This document shows, one piece after another, positions 46,377 to 55,608 of a stretch of DNA of 64,000 bases. Each line of letters starts with the position of its first letter. Position 1 is the first letter of the stretch. The position numbers and the translations under genes are program-made. The stretch is from Candidatus Micrarchaeota archaeon (GTDB lineage Archaea; Micrarchaeota; Micrarchaeia; Anstonellales; Bilamarchaeaceae): NCBI GenBank assembly GCA_038046805.1, contig JBBSVO010000006.1:172976-236975 (forward strand). Direction: 5' to 3'. The notes below the pieces were generated by a model. That model was given only the letters and a program-made list of their open reading frames with translations, searched no databases and was not told the DNA's origin.

Positions 46377-47627
46377 TTATTTGGTCGTCTCTGCTTTATT
46401 TAGTATTTCCTCCATATTTTTCTTGTCATCCTCGCTTATGTTCTGCCCGGTGGTGTTCTCCTTTGTAGGATTTTCGAACGGTTCATCACTTTGTTTTATC
46501 GTAGTCTTGTTTGTGGTGGCAAACTCCTCGCACATCGCAACCTTGGTGGAGTTCATTATACTGCTGCATATACTGGCGTTTTTCATTGTTCCGCCAAGTT
46601 CAATGTAACAATCGTCTTTTATGCCAGATTCGGTTACGAGTTTGCATATTCCAGTGTCTTTAGCCATTATTGCTAAATTGAGAATGCAGATATTCTTTCT
46701 TCCACCGGCAAATTCGCACAGTTCAAGGTTTTCTTTGTCCAATGCCATAGAATAAACGCATTTATCATGTTCTATTCCCTCTTTTTCAAGGCATGCTATA
46801 AACGCATTCTGGTCATCGCTTGCAGCCTGAAGCAGGGTGACGGCCTTTCCGGCAGTCAGGTTCTCCGGAACTATTATCTCCTTATCATATTTCCAATCGG
46901 ATGAAACAAGATTCCATTTACTCGTGCGATCCTTTCCAAGATAATTATATGCGAATTCCTTAGAGATAATTTCGTTCTTTTCTTCGTTATAACATAGTTT
47001 ACTTTCGTATCTCTTTGGATCTCCCTGTCTTACATTAAGGCTCATCGCCTCGCTTAAAGTAAGGTTTGAATAGTCTATAACAAAGTTTACTTCCGAGCAT
47101 TTTTCTCCTTTTTCCGTGGTTTCAATAACCTCCTCAAACGTAATGGTGTTTTTTCCCTTCAGGAATTCAAATGTTTCCTTTGCAGAATCTATCTTTTCGT
47201 TGCTGAAAAATTGCCCTCCAATCACCTTTAAGTATTTCGAGAGGGCTGCACTGGTGTTTTTTACAGAACTGCAGGCATATTCATCTTCATATTCTACACA
47301 CATTACCGTGTCGTTTTCCGCAAAATAAATATTTCTTTCAGATATTGGAGTTTCTATAGTTACCTGGCGCACTGCTCCGTTCTTGCGAAGTGTTGTCCTC
47401 ATGACATATTCATCAAGCGTTTCGTCATAGGCATATTCGTAATCTGTTGCGCCCTGGCCAACAAGAAGGCTTTTTTCATATATTTCAAGCGCATTGCCTG
47501 TGCTATCTTCTCCTTCACCACCGTGTTTTTGAAGGTTCGGAAGTGCATACATATAAACCGCATAACCTGCGGCAAGGAAAACGATAATCCCTAAAACCAC
47601 CAGCAAAATATTTTTTACATCTGTCAT
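46377..47627 (-). CDS. Membrane-anchored extracellular protein with C-terminal Cys-helical repeats
   Basis: Start reassigned to MTDVKN because the upstream extension overlaps tRNA-Leu; TM helix; C..I...KDxCY repeats. Confidence 0.75.
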   Translation of the reverse strand: MTDVKNILLVVLGIIVFLAAGYAVYMYALPNLQKHGGEGEDSTGNALEIYEKSLLVGQGATDYEYAYDETLDEYVMRTTLRKNGAVRQVTIETPISERNIYFAENDTVMCVEYEDEYACSSVKNTSAALSKYLKVIGGQFFSNEKIDSAKETFEFLKGKNTITFEEVIETTEKGEKCSEVNFVIDYSNLTLSEAMSLNVRQGDPKRYESKLCYNEEKNEIISKEFAYNYLGKDRTSKWNLVSSDWKYDKEIIVPENLTAGKAVTLLQAASDDQNAFIACLEKEGIEHDKCVYSMALDKENLELCEFAGGRKNICILNLAIMAKDTGICKLVTESGIKDDCYIELGGTMKNASICSSIMNSTKVAMCEEFATTNKTTIKQSDEPFENPTKENTTGQNISEDDKKNMEEILNKAETTK

Positions 47628-47683
47628 AAGATAACCTCTGAACATTGGCTTTTTATATTTCTCATCTGTGCTTAAAAAGTTAT

Positions 47684-48085
47684 TGCAGGGGACAGGATTT
47701 TCAATTACCACGGGAGTATCACGCCTACGTTTTTCTTTTGGCGTGTCAGGAACGACCGACAAAACGACGCTTCGTTTTGTGGTCCATAAAACGTTACGAC
47801 GTTTTATCGGACGCATCGTTCCTGAGCATGTTCAAGAACGAAATGTCGTTCTTGACATGAAACCCTCAGACCTTTTCTTTTTTAAAAGAAAAGGGGTATG
47901 GGTTTGAACCTGTGAAGACGCTAGGTCATCAGATTTCCTATCCCGCATTCGGGAAAAGAACAAACGAGATCTTGAGTCTGACGCGTTTGACCGTTGCGAA
48001 ACCAGTTTCCAGTTGCCTGTTTCCAGTTCCCAAAACGCGAAACTGAAAACCCTAGACAGAAAACTGACTTCTCCGCCACCCCTGC
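47684..48085 (-). tRNA. tRNA-Leu(CAA) with three introns: 15/16 (47994..48070, 77 nt), 37/38 (47935..47970, 36 nt), 59/60 (47698..47902, 205 nt)
   Basis: GCAGGGG/CCCCTGC+A73, TCAGA-CTCAAGA-TCTGA, long variable arm, ACAGG-TTCAAAT-CCTGT; exons sum to 84 nt; BHB/BHL at each junction. Confidence 0.85.
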
Positions 48086-48145
48086 GCATTATATTTGCTT
48101 TTTGCCGCACCACATTTTAAAACCTTGTTAGTCTATCATCTACTC

Positions 48146-49339
48146 ATGGCAGAGCCACTATGGTTCATTGAATACCCAGTATCATTCATCTCAATTTTCG
48201 TAGCCGTATTTTTCACACTGATTTATCTGAAGAATTTCAATAGGATGGAACACAAGTCAAAGCAGGCGCATGGCTGGGAACCAAAAATAACAATTCTCAT
48301 TCCTGCTTACAATGAGGAGAATTCTATAGCTGCATGTTTAGATTCAGTTCTGGCATCAGATTATCCTCGGGAAAAGATGGAAATACTTGTTCTGGATGAC
48401 GGTTCTACTGATAAGACTGCAGAGATTGCCAAGCGTTATTCAACACATGGGGTAATCGTCTGCTCAAAAGAAAACACTGGAAAAGCAGACTCTCTTAATT
48501 TCGGAATAAAAAAATCAACAGGAGAAATAATTGCAACGCTTGATGCGGATTCGTTTATAAGTCCATATTCCATACGCAGAATGCTTCCATTGTTTGAAGA
48601 TGAGACTGTTGGAGCGGTTGCTTCTGCAGTTAAAGTGAAAAAAGCAAAAAACCTATTGGAGGAGATCCAGCGCATAGAATATCTTTTTGCATTATTTTCC
48701 CGCAAGGTTGTCAGCTTTATCGAATCCGTGCAGGTAACCCCCGGACCGTTTTCCATGTTCCGCAGATGGATTTTTGACAAGGTCGGCGATTTTGATACAA
48801 AGAGCCTTGTTGAAGATCAGGAAATAGCACTGAGAATCCAATCTCATCATTACAAAATACGCTGCTCTCTCGATGCCGACGTTTTCACCGAAATCCCACG
48901 CACGTTCCTTGACTTGATGAAACAGCGCACCAGATGGCAACGCGGAGGGTTCTGGAACTCATTAAAATATCTTAAAATGATTAATCCAAAATACGGGGAT
49001 CTGGGAATGATTATTCTTCCGTTCGGTGTGTTTGGATATCTGATGCTTGTCATCTTCCTTGTGCTTGCGGTGTACTATATGTTTTATGGTTCTCCCTATC
49101 AGGAAGCGCTTAGCTATGATTCCTATCTGCTGGCATTCCGCGAGCTTCATGTTTTCGGAATTCTTATGATAGGCCTTGCGTTCCTGTGGCTGTTCTATGG
49201 GATGGGGAGGCTTTTCCGCGAGCAGGAGCTGCATCCAGTGTCAATCTTTTTATATATCATACTATATCCTATGTTGATAACGTTATTTTGGTTCTCCGCA
49301 GCGTATAAAGAGCTGCGCGGAGAGGGTTTCTCGTGGTAG
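48146..49339 (+). CDS. Processive-type GT2 glycosyltransferase
   Basis: IPAYNEE, DDGSTD, DADS, EDQE, QRTRW; TM helices. Confidence 0.9.
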   Translation: MAEPLWFIEYPVSFISIFVAVFFTLIYLKNFNRMEHKSKQAHGWEPKITILIPAYNEENSIAACLDSVLASDYPREKMEILVLDDGSTDKTAEIAKRYSTHGVIVCSKENTGKADSLNFGIKKSTGEIIATLDADSFISPYSIRRMLPLFEDETVGAVASAVKVKKAKNLLEEIQRIEYLFALFSRKVVSFIESVQVTPGPFSMFRRWIFDKVGDFDTKSLVEDQEIALRIQSHHYKIRCSLDADVFTEIPRTFLDLMKQRTRWQRGGFWNSLKYLKMINPKYGDLGMIILPFGVFGYLMLVIFLVLAVYYMFYGSPYQEALSYDSYLLAFRELHVFGILMIGLAFLWLFYGMGRLFREQELHPVSIFLYIILYPMLITLFWFSAAYKELRGEGFSW

Positions 49340-49364
49340 GTGTTGAAGTCGTAAAGGTGAATCC

Positions 49365-50429
49365 ATGGAAGACGATGCAAAACTGGAAAGAAAATCTCCG
49401 AATATTTCTCTCTATGTAATAGCGTTGGCTATTACGATCCTGATCTTCTTCACTGGAATCTATCTTGGTAGGGTTGTTGATAATTCGGTTCAACAGGGTA
49501 TTGGCACCGATGTCGCATCACTTATTGAGCGAACAAATTCAATGGAGCTTTTGTTCCTTTTGGATAATTCTTCTGATTTTTGCCCGGTATTCAAAGATGA
49601 ATTATTGAAGATAGATTCGGATACAGAAAAACTCGGATACAAACTTGCGTATATCGAAGATATAAAAGGTGCTGGTGCGTCTGACCCAGACCTAAAGAAA
49701 AAATATTTCGTTCTTGAAACCGAGGCCTACCTTCTTTCCAAGAGAATCGCGGAAAGTTGCGGGTCGAGTTACGCTAATTTCGACCTTGCGCTTTATTTCT
49801 ATTCTAACAAAAAGGGCGCCTGTTTTGATTGTGATGCACAGGGAAAGGCCATTCTTGATGCGAAAAAAGAGCTTAACCGACCATTTAAGGTTTATTCTTT
49901 TGACGGGGATCTCGGAAGCACGGTTGCGGATGCGCTGAAAACAAGACATGGTGTGACGGTCTATCCTTCACTTGTAGTCAACGGGGTTCTTTATGAGGGT
50001 TTTGTTTCAAAGGAGGAATTGCTCGGACTTCTTTCCAAAAATGCAAAAGGTGATGAAGAAATGAAACTTACAGGGGAAAAACTTTTTGCACCGTTTGGCG
50101 GGCAAACCTGCGTTTATTGGGAGAATTATGTCATAGAAGAAGGTCGCGTTTCTCAAAGTAAAAATCCATTCTATGCGGTAATTGACGGAAAGAAAATCGA
50201 GCTCGGTCTTCCACCCGCGCGCATTTTTATGAAACCGACATCTGAAAACGAAACTGTAAAAGAGTGGTGCCTCAGTCCGGATGCGGTTTATCTTGTGGAA
50301 AAGGTAACTGAAACTGCGTCTCTTCCGGATTGGGACGAAGAAAAGACTGCGTATTACATTTCTGACGCAAAATACTCTTCAGAAGAAAGGAAAAAATATT
50401 CGACGCCTGCGAGCAAATGGACATACTAA
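49365..50429 (+). CDS. Membrane-anchored thioredoxin-like protein with extra C-terminal domain
   Basis: N-terminal TM; YFYS...CFDC...YPSLVVNG. Confidence 0.6.
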   Translation: MEDDAKLERKSPNISLYVIALAITILIFFTGIYLGRVVDNSVQQGIGTDVASLIERTNSMELLFLLDNSSDFCPVFKDELLKIDSDTEKLGYKLAYIEDIKGAGASDPDLKKKYFVLETEAYLLSKRIAESCGSSYANFDLALYFYSNKKGACFDCDAQGKAILDAKKELNRPFKVYSFDGDLGSTVADALKTRHGVTVYPSLVVNGVLYEGFVSKEELLGLLSKNAKGDEEMKLTGEKLFAPFGGQTCVYWENYVIEEGRVSQSKNPFYAVIDGKKIELGLPPARIFMKPTSENETVKEWCLSPDAVYLVEKVTETASLPDWDEEKTAYYISDAKYSSEERKKYSTPASKWTY

Positions 50430-50504
50430 TATTTTGTCAGAATCGAAGCTTGTCAATGGAAATGTTTAAATATCCGCTATTCGTTATGTCCTTGGTGATA
50501 TCGA

Positions 50505-51062
50505 ATGGTATTAGAGCTTGTCCTGATTGTGATCGTAGTCGTATTAGTCCTTATCTTATTGTGGGCAATGGGCACTTTCAATCGTTTCATCGTCCTGCGC
50601 AACAGAATTGACAATGCCTTTTCACAAATTGACGTTCAATTGAAGCGAAGATACGACCTTATTCCAAACCTTGTTGAGTGTGTTAAGGGTTATGCAAAAC
50701 ACGAGAAAGAGACGCTTAATGATGTTATCAAGGCCAGAAGCGGGCTTGTGCAGGGAACCCCTGATGAAAGAATTGCAGCCAACAACATGCTTACTGGGGC
50801 ATTGGGAAGATTAATGGTTGTCATGGAACAATATCCCAAGCTTATGGCAAACGAGAATTTCCTGAAATTGCAGGATGAGCTTGCCGGAACCGAGAACAAG
50901 ATTGCATATGTGAGAACAGCTTATAACGACTCTGTGCTTGAGCTTAACAATGCGATTATGGTGTTTCCCGGAAGTGTAATTGCAGGAATGTTCGGATTTG
51001 TCCAAAAGGCATTCCTCGAAACTCCGGGAGAGCAGCGCGAGAACGTGAAAGTCAAGTTCTAG
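50505..51062 (+). CDS. lemA: LemA family protein
   Basis: SQIDVQLKRRYDLIPNLV, YPKLMANENF, TENKIAY.R..YN. Confidence 0.93.
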   Translation: MVLELVLIVIVVVLVLILLWAMGTFNRFIVLRNRIDNAFSQIDVQLKRRYDLIPNLVECVKGYAKHEKETLNDVIKARSGLVQGTPDERIAANNMLTGALGRLMVVMEQYPKLMANENFLKLQDELAGTENKIAYVRTAYNDSVLELNNAIMVFPGSVIAGMFGFVQKAFLETPGEQRENVKVKF

Positions 51063-51148
51063 GCGCGCACTGGAGCCGTCCGGTTCCATTTCGTTATTTT
51101 TTCTCTTTTATTCTTATTCCGCTTTGTTTTTCGCACGGGGTTGCCATT

Positions 51149-52051
51149 ATGGAACAAAAAATCAGTTTCTTTGACGCGATTGAAACGAACAAGCGCAACT
51201 CCCTTATTCTTCTTGTGTTTTCATTTGCCCTGTTGATGGCTGTGGGATGGGCATTCTCAGAAATATTAGGCCTTGGCGGGCTGGGCTTTGTAATCTCGCT
51301 GGTTGCAGTGCTCATCTATATGGGAGTTGCCTATTTTCACGGAGCAAATTTCGTTTTGTCCATGAGTGGTGCAAGGCCACTTGAGCGCAACGAGTATCCT
51401 TTTGTTTATCATACTGTGGATGGACTTGCTGCTGCGGCAGGTATTCCTGCGCCGAAAGTTTATATCATCGATGATCAGGCAATGAATGCATTTGCAACCG
51501 GTAAAGACCCGAAAAATTCCTATGTCGTGGTTACAACAGGTCTTGTCAAGAACCTTAAACGGGAAGAGCTTGAAGGCGTAATCGCGCATGAAATCTCTCA
51601 CATTGCAAACTATGACATCAGATTCATGCTGTATGCGGTTGTTATGGTCGGAGCAATTGCGCTTCTTTCCCAGGTAGCGAGCAGGGCGCTTTGGTTTGGG
51701 GGTGGGCGCGGCGGTTCTGGCAAGCGTGGCGGGGGAAATGCAGTAGGGTTAATCATTGCACTGGTTCTAATCATTCTCGCACCAATCTTCGCCGAGTTAA
51801 TCCGATTTGCGATTTCAAGACAGCGGGAGCATCTTGCCGATGCCAATGCAGCAAAACTCACGCGTTATCCTGCAGGGCTGATAGGTGCTCTAAAAAGAAT
51901 AAGCGGAACTCCTGAAGCTGCAAAGGTAGCGACTGCAAATGATGCAACTGCGCCTCTTTACATCGTTTCTCCGTTTTCTGGAAAAATAGGGCATTTATTC
52001 TCCACACATCCACCAGTTGAGGAAAGGATAAAACGACTTGCTGCAATGTAG
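51149..52051 (+). CDS. htpX: M48 zinc protease HtpX
   Basis: NAFATG, AHEISH, SRQREHLAD, FSTHPP. Confidence 0.93.
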   Translation: MEQKISFFDAIETNKRNSLILLVFSFALLMAVGWAFSEILGLGGLGFVISLVAVLIYMGVAYFHGANFVLSMSGARPLERNEYPFVYHTVDGLAAAAGIPAPKVYIIDDQAMNAFATGKDPKNSYVVVTTGLVKNLKREELEGVIAHEISHIANYDIRFMLYAVVMVGAIALLSQVASRALWFGGGRGGSGKRGGGNAVGLIIALVLIILAPIFAELIRFAISRQREHLADANAAKLTRYPAGLIGALKRISGTPEAAKVATANDATAPLYIVSPFSGKIGHLFSTHPPVEERIKRLAAM

Positions 52052-52155
52052 AACTGTCAAGGTTGGTTCTTTATCAACGTCTAACTGCCAAATGCCAACC
52101 TTTAAATATGTGTTCTGCAAACATCTGTTTGTTTCTAATTTAGAGGTGAAACTAT

Positions 52156-52863
52156 ATGTACGGAGTATCCCCACAGGCTTATGATAGGGCAATTACTGTT
52201 TTCAGTCCAGATGGAAGGCTGTTTCAGGTTGAATATGCAAAAGAGGCAGTGAAACGCGGTGCAACTGCAATTGGCATTGTTGCAAAGGACGGAGTTGTTC
52301 TTGTTGCGTATAAAGCAACTCACTCCAAACTCGCGCTTGCGGATTCCCTTCGCAAGGTGTTTGATATCGATTCTCATATTTCAGTTACTGCAAGCGGACT
52401 TATTGCAGATGCAAGAAGGCTTGTTGATATGGCGCGCGTTGATGCGCAGAGGCACCGGATTACCTACAATGAACCTGCGAATGTAGAATCAATCTCCAAA
52501 AGCATCTGCGATCTTATGCAGGTTTATACCCAATATGGCGGTATCAGACCGTTTGGCGTTTCTCTTCTTATTGCCGGTGTTGATAGCAAACCGCGTCTTT
52601 TCGAGGCAGAGCCAAGTGGTGCAATGACTGGCTATCTTGCAGATTCCGTCGGAAGCGGAAAAAAAGAAGTTGACGAATATCTGGAGAAAAACTACAAGGA
52701 AAGCATCACAGTTGAAGATGCAATCGAGTTGGGAATAAGCGCATTGAAGAAAGCAGTTGATGCGAAGCTATCACCGGAAAACGTGGATATTTCCTATATT
52801 GAAGTCAAGACAAAGAAATCCGTTGCTGTTTCGGACAAGGATGTGGCGAAGTATTTGAAATAG
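52156..52863 (+). CDS. psmA: Proteasome alpha subunit
   Basis: YDRAITVFSPDGRLFQVEYA, RPFGVSLL. Confidence 0.96.
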   Translation: MYGVSPQAYDRAITVFSPDGRLFQVEYAKEAVKRGATAIGIVAKDGVVLVAYKATHSKLALADSLRKVFDIDSHISVTASGLIADARRLVDMARVDAQRHRITYNEPANVESISKSICDLMQVYTQYGGIRPFGVSLLIAGVDSKPRLFEAEPSGAMTGYLADSVGSGKKEVDEYLEKNYKESITVEDAIELGISALKKAVDAKLSPENVDISYIEVKTKKSVAVSDKDVAKYLK

Positions 52864-52916
52864 ACTGGGTTATACTCCCTACCACTTTATAAATCCTTGC
52901 AAAGAAAATTCTATTT

Positions 52917-53789
52917 ATGAACTTGGCCAGTGCTTATGCTGTAAATAATCATCAGGACGCAGTTAGGTTTAGATCCAGCGTTCATTCTTACAATCCAAAG
53001 AGTCGAATGTCCAGGGAACTGCGAAGAGCATTGGGGTTCGAGTCATGCCATCATTTGCAGGAACCTTTACGTATTTTGGATGCAATGTGCGGCCCGGGTA
53101 AAGTCGGTCAGCTAATAACTTCGGAAGCGCTGCTTCATGAGGTCCCCACAAATCTCTTTTTCAATGATGCCAGAGCCGCTGCGCTTGAATTGGCCACCCC
53201 TGATTCGGAAAAAAGAATCCCTGGGAACGTGTGCTCGGTCAGAGATTTATATGCTGGTTTTTTTGATCTGTCGGTGGTTCGGTTCGGCCTTAAAGATATT
53301 CCAGACCTGGCCAAATTGCAGGCAGTGGAGTCATTGCATGCATCTTTGGTTCCGGGAGGGCGCCTGGTTGTTGCTGATTTGTATGCCCCAGCTTCTATTC
53401 GATCTGATGTTAATACTATCCACAGAACCAAGCAGCGTTTTAGCGGGAGAAATGAGTCTATAGAAGGAGAATTATTTATACCGACCAGGGGGCAATGGAC
53501 CCAATTGTTGTTGCGCGCAGGTTTTGCTCGGGTTTCAACAGAATATTTTGGCCGTACGGTGGTAAAAATCTCTGATTGGATAGACCAATTCGGCACCGAT
53601 CCGGTTGTGGCATTATCCAAAGTCCGGTTGATTGAGCAGATGATTATTGCTATGTCGGCATTAGACAAGAAATTCAATTCAGTAATGCGGATAAAAACAT
53701 CCGAACCACTCAATCCGGATGATGGAATATTGAGTTTTGAATCACCCATCGTAATTCTAGTGGCACACAAATCTCCAGGTGTCATTTAA
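52917..53789 (+). CDS. Class I SAM-dependent methyltransferase-like protein
   Basis: ILDAMCGPG, FFDL, LVPGGRLVVAD. Confidence 0.7.
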   Translation: MNLASAYAVNNHQDAVRFRSSVHSYNPKSRMSRELRRALGFESCHHLQEPLRILDAMCGPGKVGQLITSEALLHEVPTNLFFNDARAAALELATPDSEKRIPGNVCSVRDLYAGFFDLSVVRFGLKDIPDLAKLQAVESLHASLVPGGRLVVADLYAPASIRSDVNTIHRTKQRFSGRNESIEGELFIPTRGQWTQLLLRAGFARVSTEYFGRTVVKISDWIDQFGTDPVVALSKVRLIEQMIIAMSALDKKFNSVMRIKTSEPLNPDDGILSFESPIVILVAHKSPGVI

Positions 53790-54492
53790 CTATAGTCCCA
53801 TTTATTCTTTTTCCTTCAATCGCATTTTTTATTTCTTTGAGACCTTCCGTTCCCTGCCCACCAACGAAAAACAGCTCTATTTTTGACCTTGCCGCAAGCT
53901 TGCATGCCAGCATGTCAAATACAAAATTCGTTCCGGCGGTTCTTTTATCCGAACTGTTTGCAAGCGCAATAAGCTCGTCGTACGTCATACCGTCAAACTT
54001 CATTGCATTTGGATTAGTTTTCGGATTTGAATCATAAATAGCATCCACGTTGCTTATGTTTACAAGTCGTTTTGCTCCGAGTTTTTCCGCAAGAAGAACG
54101 GAATCTGTATCTGTTGTTATTCCGGGAATCGTCCCGCCCATTACTACAACGGCATACTTCTGTGCAGCCTTTCCGGCTTCAGTAAAATCCTTCGCGACTT
54201 TCGGATAAACTTTAATTTTTTTTCGTTTTTCCGCGCGAAGCGCACCAACCAGTAGTTTTGCGTTCTTCCATGTTTCCTTTATCGCTTCCTCGTCTGCCTC
54301 AAACTCGCTTCCTCCGCGAGTGCGTACGGCATTTGCCTTCTGCCTTGCGGTCCACCCCCCACCAGTAACAATTCCAAACTTCCCGCCATTATCCCCAAGA
54401 ATACTGGAAATTCTCTTCAAAAACCCATCATCAATTCCGTTTTCCTTATTTATGAGACTTCCGCCAACAGAAAGAACTGTAATCACAACCAT
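53782..54492 (-). CDS. pyrH: UMP kinase
   Basis: SVGGS, VTGGG, GGTIPGITTD, NVDAIYDSNP, GTIV. Confidence 0.92.
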   Translation of the reverse strand: MVVITVLSVGGSLINKENGIDDGFLKRISSILGDNGGKFGIVTGGGWTARQKANAVRTRGGSEFEADEEAIKETWKNAKLLVGALRAEKRKKIKVYPKVAKDFTEAGKAAQKYAVVVMGGTIPGITTDTDSVLLAEKLGAKRLVNISNVDAIYDSNPKTNPNAMKFDGMTYDELIALANSSDKRTAGTNFVFDMLACKLAARSKIELFFVGGQGTEGLKEIKNAIEGKRINGTIVK

Positions 54493-54544
54493 GCACCTCG
54501 TTCCGATACAATTAAAACCTCAAAACTTAAAAACTAAAGTATAG

Positions 54545-55105
54545 GTGATTTGTTTGAGTTTGGATTTGGGTATTTCGGAAATAGAATCCTCATTAATGAA
54601 AAAAGAGGAAAAACTGGATAAGGTCATGATTAAAAGCAGGGAAATAGTTCGGCTCTGTTCAAATGCAATCAAGGCAATACATTCAAAGGAATTTGACGCG
54701 GCAAAAAAACTTCTAAAAGAAGCCGATTCCGAGGTTTCTGCAATAAAAAAATTCGAAGACGAGTTCCCTGGTCATGTTAATCATATAATGCAGGAATATG
54801 TCGAGGCAAGGATTGTATTTTCCGCAGTAGAAGATGGGAAAATCCCCTCATTCAAGGACCTTGATGCGCCAATGGAGGCATATCTCACCGGGCTTCTTGA
54901 TGCAACCGGAGAACTAAAGCGCGAGATGTACGAATCACTAAGACGAAAGGACAGAAAAGGCGCGGAATCCTATTTTAAGATGATGGAGGACATTTACGAC
55001 GCGCTTCTTCCACTCCGCTTCTCAAATGCGGTCCTGCCTGAATTCAGGAGAAAGCAGGATGTGGCGAGGATACAGTTGGAACAGGCTAGGGGAGAATTAT
55101 TGTAG
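54545..55105 (+). CDS. Translin/Trax-like archaeal protein
   Basis: QEYVEA, YLTGLLDATGELKR, FRRKQD.AR. Confidence 0.85.
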   Translation: MICLSLDLGISEIESSLMKKEEKLDKVMIKSREIVRLCSNAIKAIHSKEFDAAKKLLKEADSEVSAIKKFEDEFPGHVNHIMQEYVEARIVFSAVEDGKIPSFKDLDAPMEAYLTGLLDATGELKREMYESLRRKDRKGAESYFKMMEDIYDALLPLRFSNAVLPEFRRKQDVARIQLEQARGELL

Positions 55106-55126
55106 ATTAATCCAAGCCAAGAAGGG

Positions 55127-55573
55127 CTATTCGTTCCTCATTCCGCCACCGGTAGTTATTCGCGGCAGTTCCTTTTGTTTTGCCATCTGTTCTTCCTTAT
55201 ATTCTTTCATTTCCGCATGTGCGAGATTCTTTCCATGAGAAAGCGCAAGATTTGCGAAAATCTTTGCAGTAGAATCAGTGAACGTTTCCCGATGGAGTTT
55301 TGGAAGGTCAAGTTCGTCAAGTCCCTTTTTTATTTTTCCAGCTCCCAATCCAGTTATTTCCAGCCTATGTTCGTCTATCATTTCTTTTACTCTTGCTATA
55401 AAATTCACTTTTGAGTCTGCGCTCATTCCCTCCCCCATGCGTTCGTTACGCAAGGCTTCTGATCCAAATGTCTTAAGCATCTCTCTTTCGTCATTATGAA
55501 GATTAGCACTGAGTGCATCCCAAAGCTTTTTTGCCTGCTCAAAATTTTCATTCCCCATTTTCTCACCACTCAT
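55127..55573 (-). CDS. Hypothetical protein
   Basis: 148-aa ORF; alternative start 55558. Confidence 0.6.
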   Translation of the reverse strand: MSGEKMGNENFEQAKKLWDALSANLHNDEREMLKTFGSEALRNERMGEGMSADSKVNFIARVKEMIDEHRLEITGLGAGKIKKGLDELDLPKLHRETFTDSTAKIFANLALSHGKNLAHAEMKEYKEEQMAKQKELPRITTGGGMRNE

Positions 55574-55608
55574 TCTTTACCAGAACCAATTTTAATCCTA
55601 TCCCCGAA

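Noticed and set aside
47628..48145. ORF-track extensions and ORFs (46377..47816 N-terminus, 47668..47907, 47832..48113, 48095 start)
   Set aside because: They overlap the intron-containing tRNA-Leu gene or its promoter.
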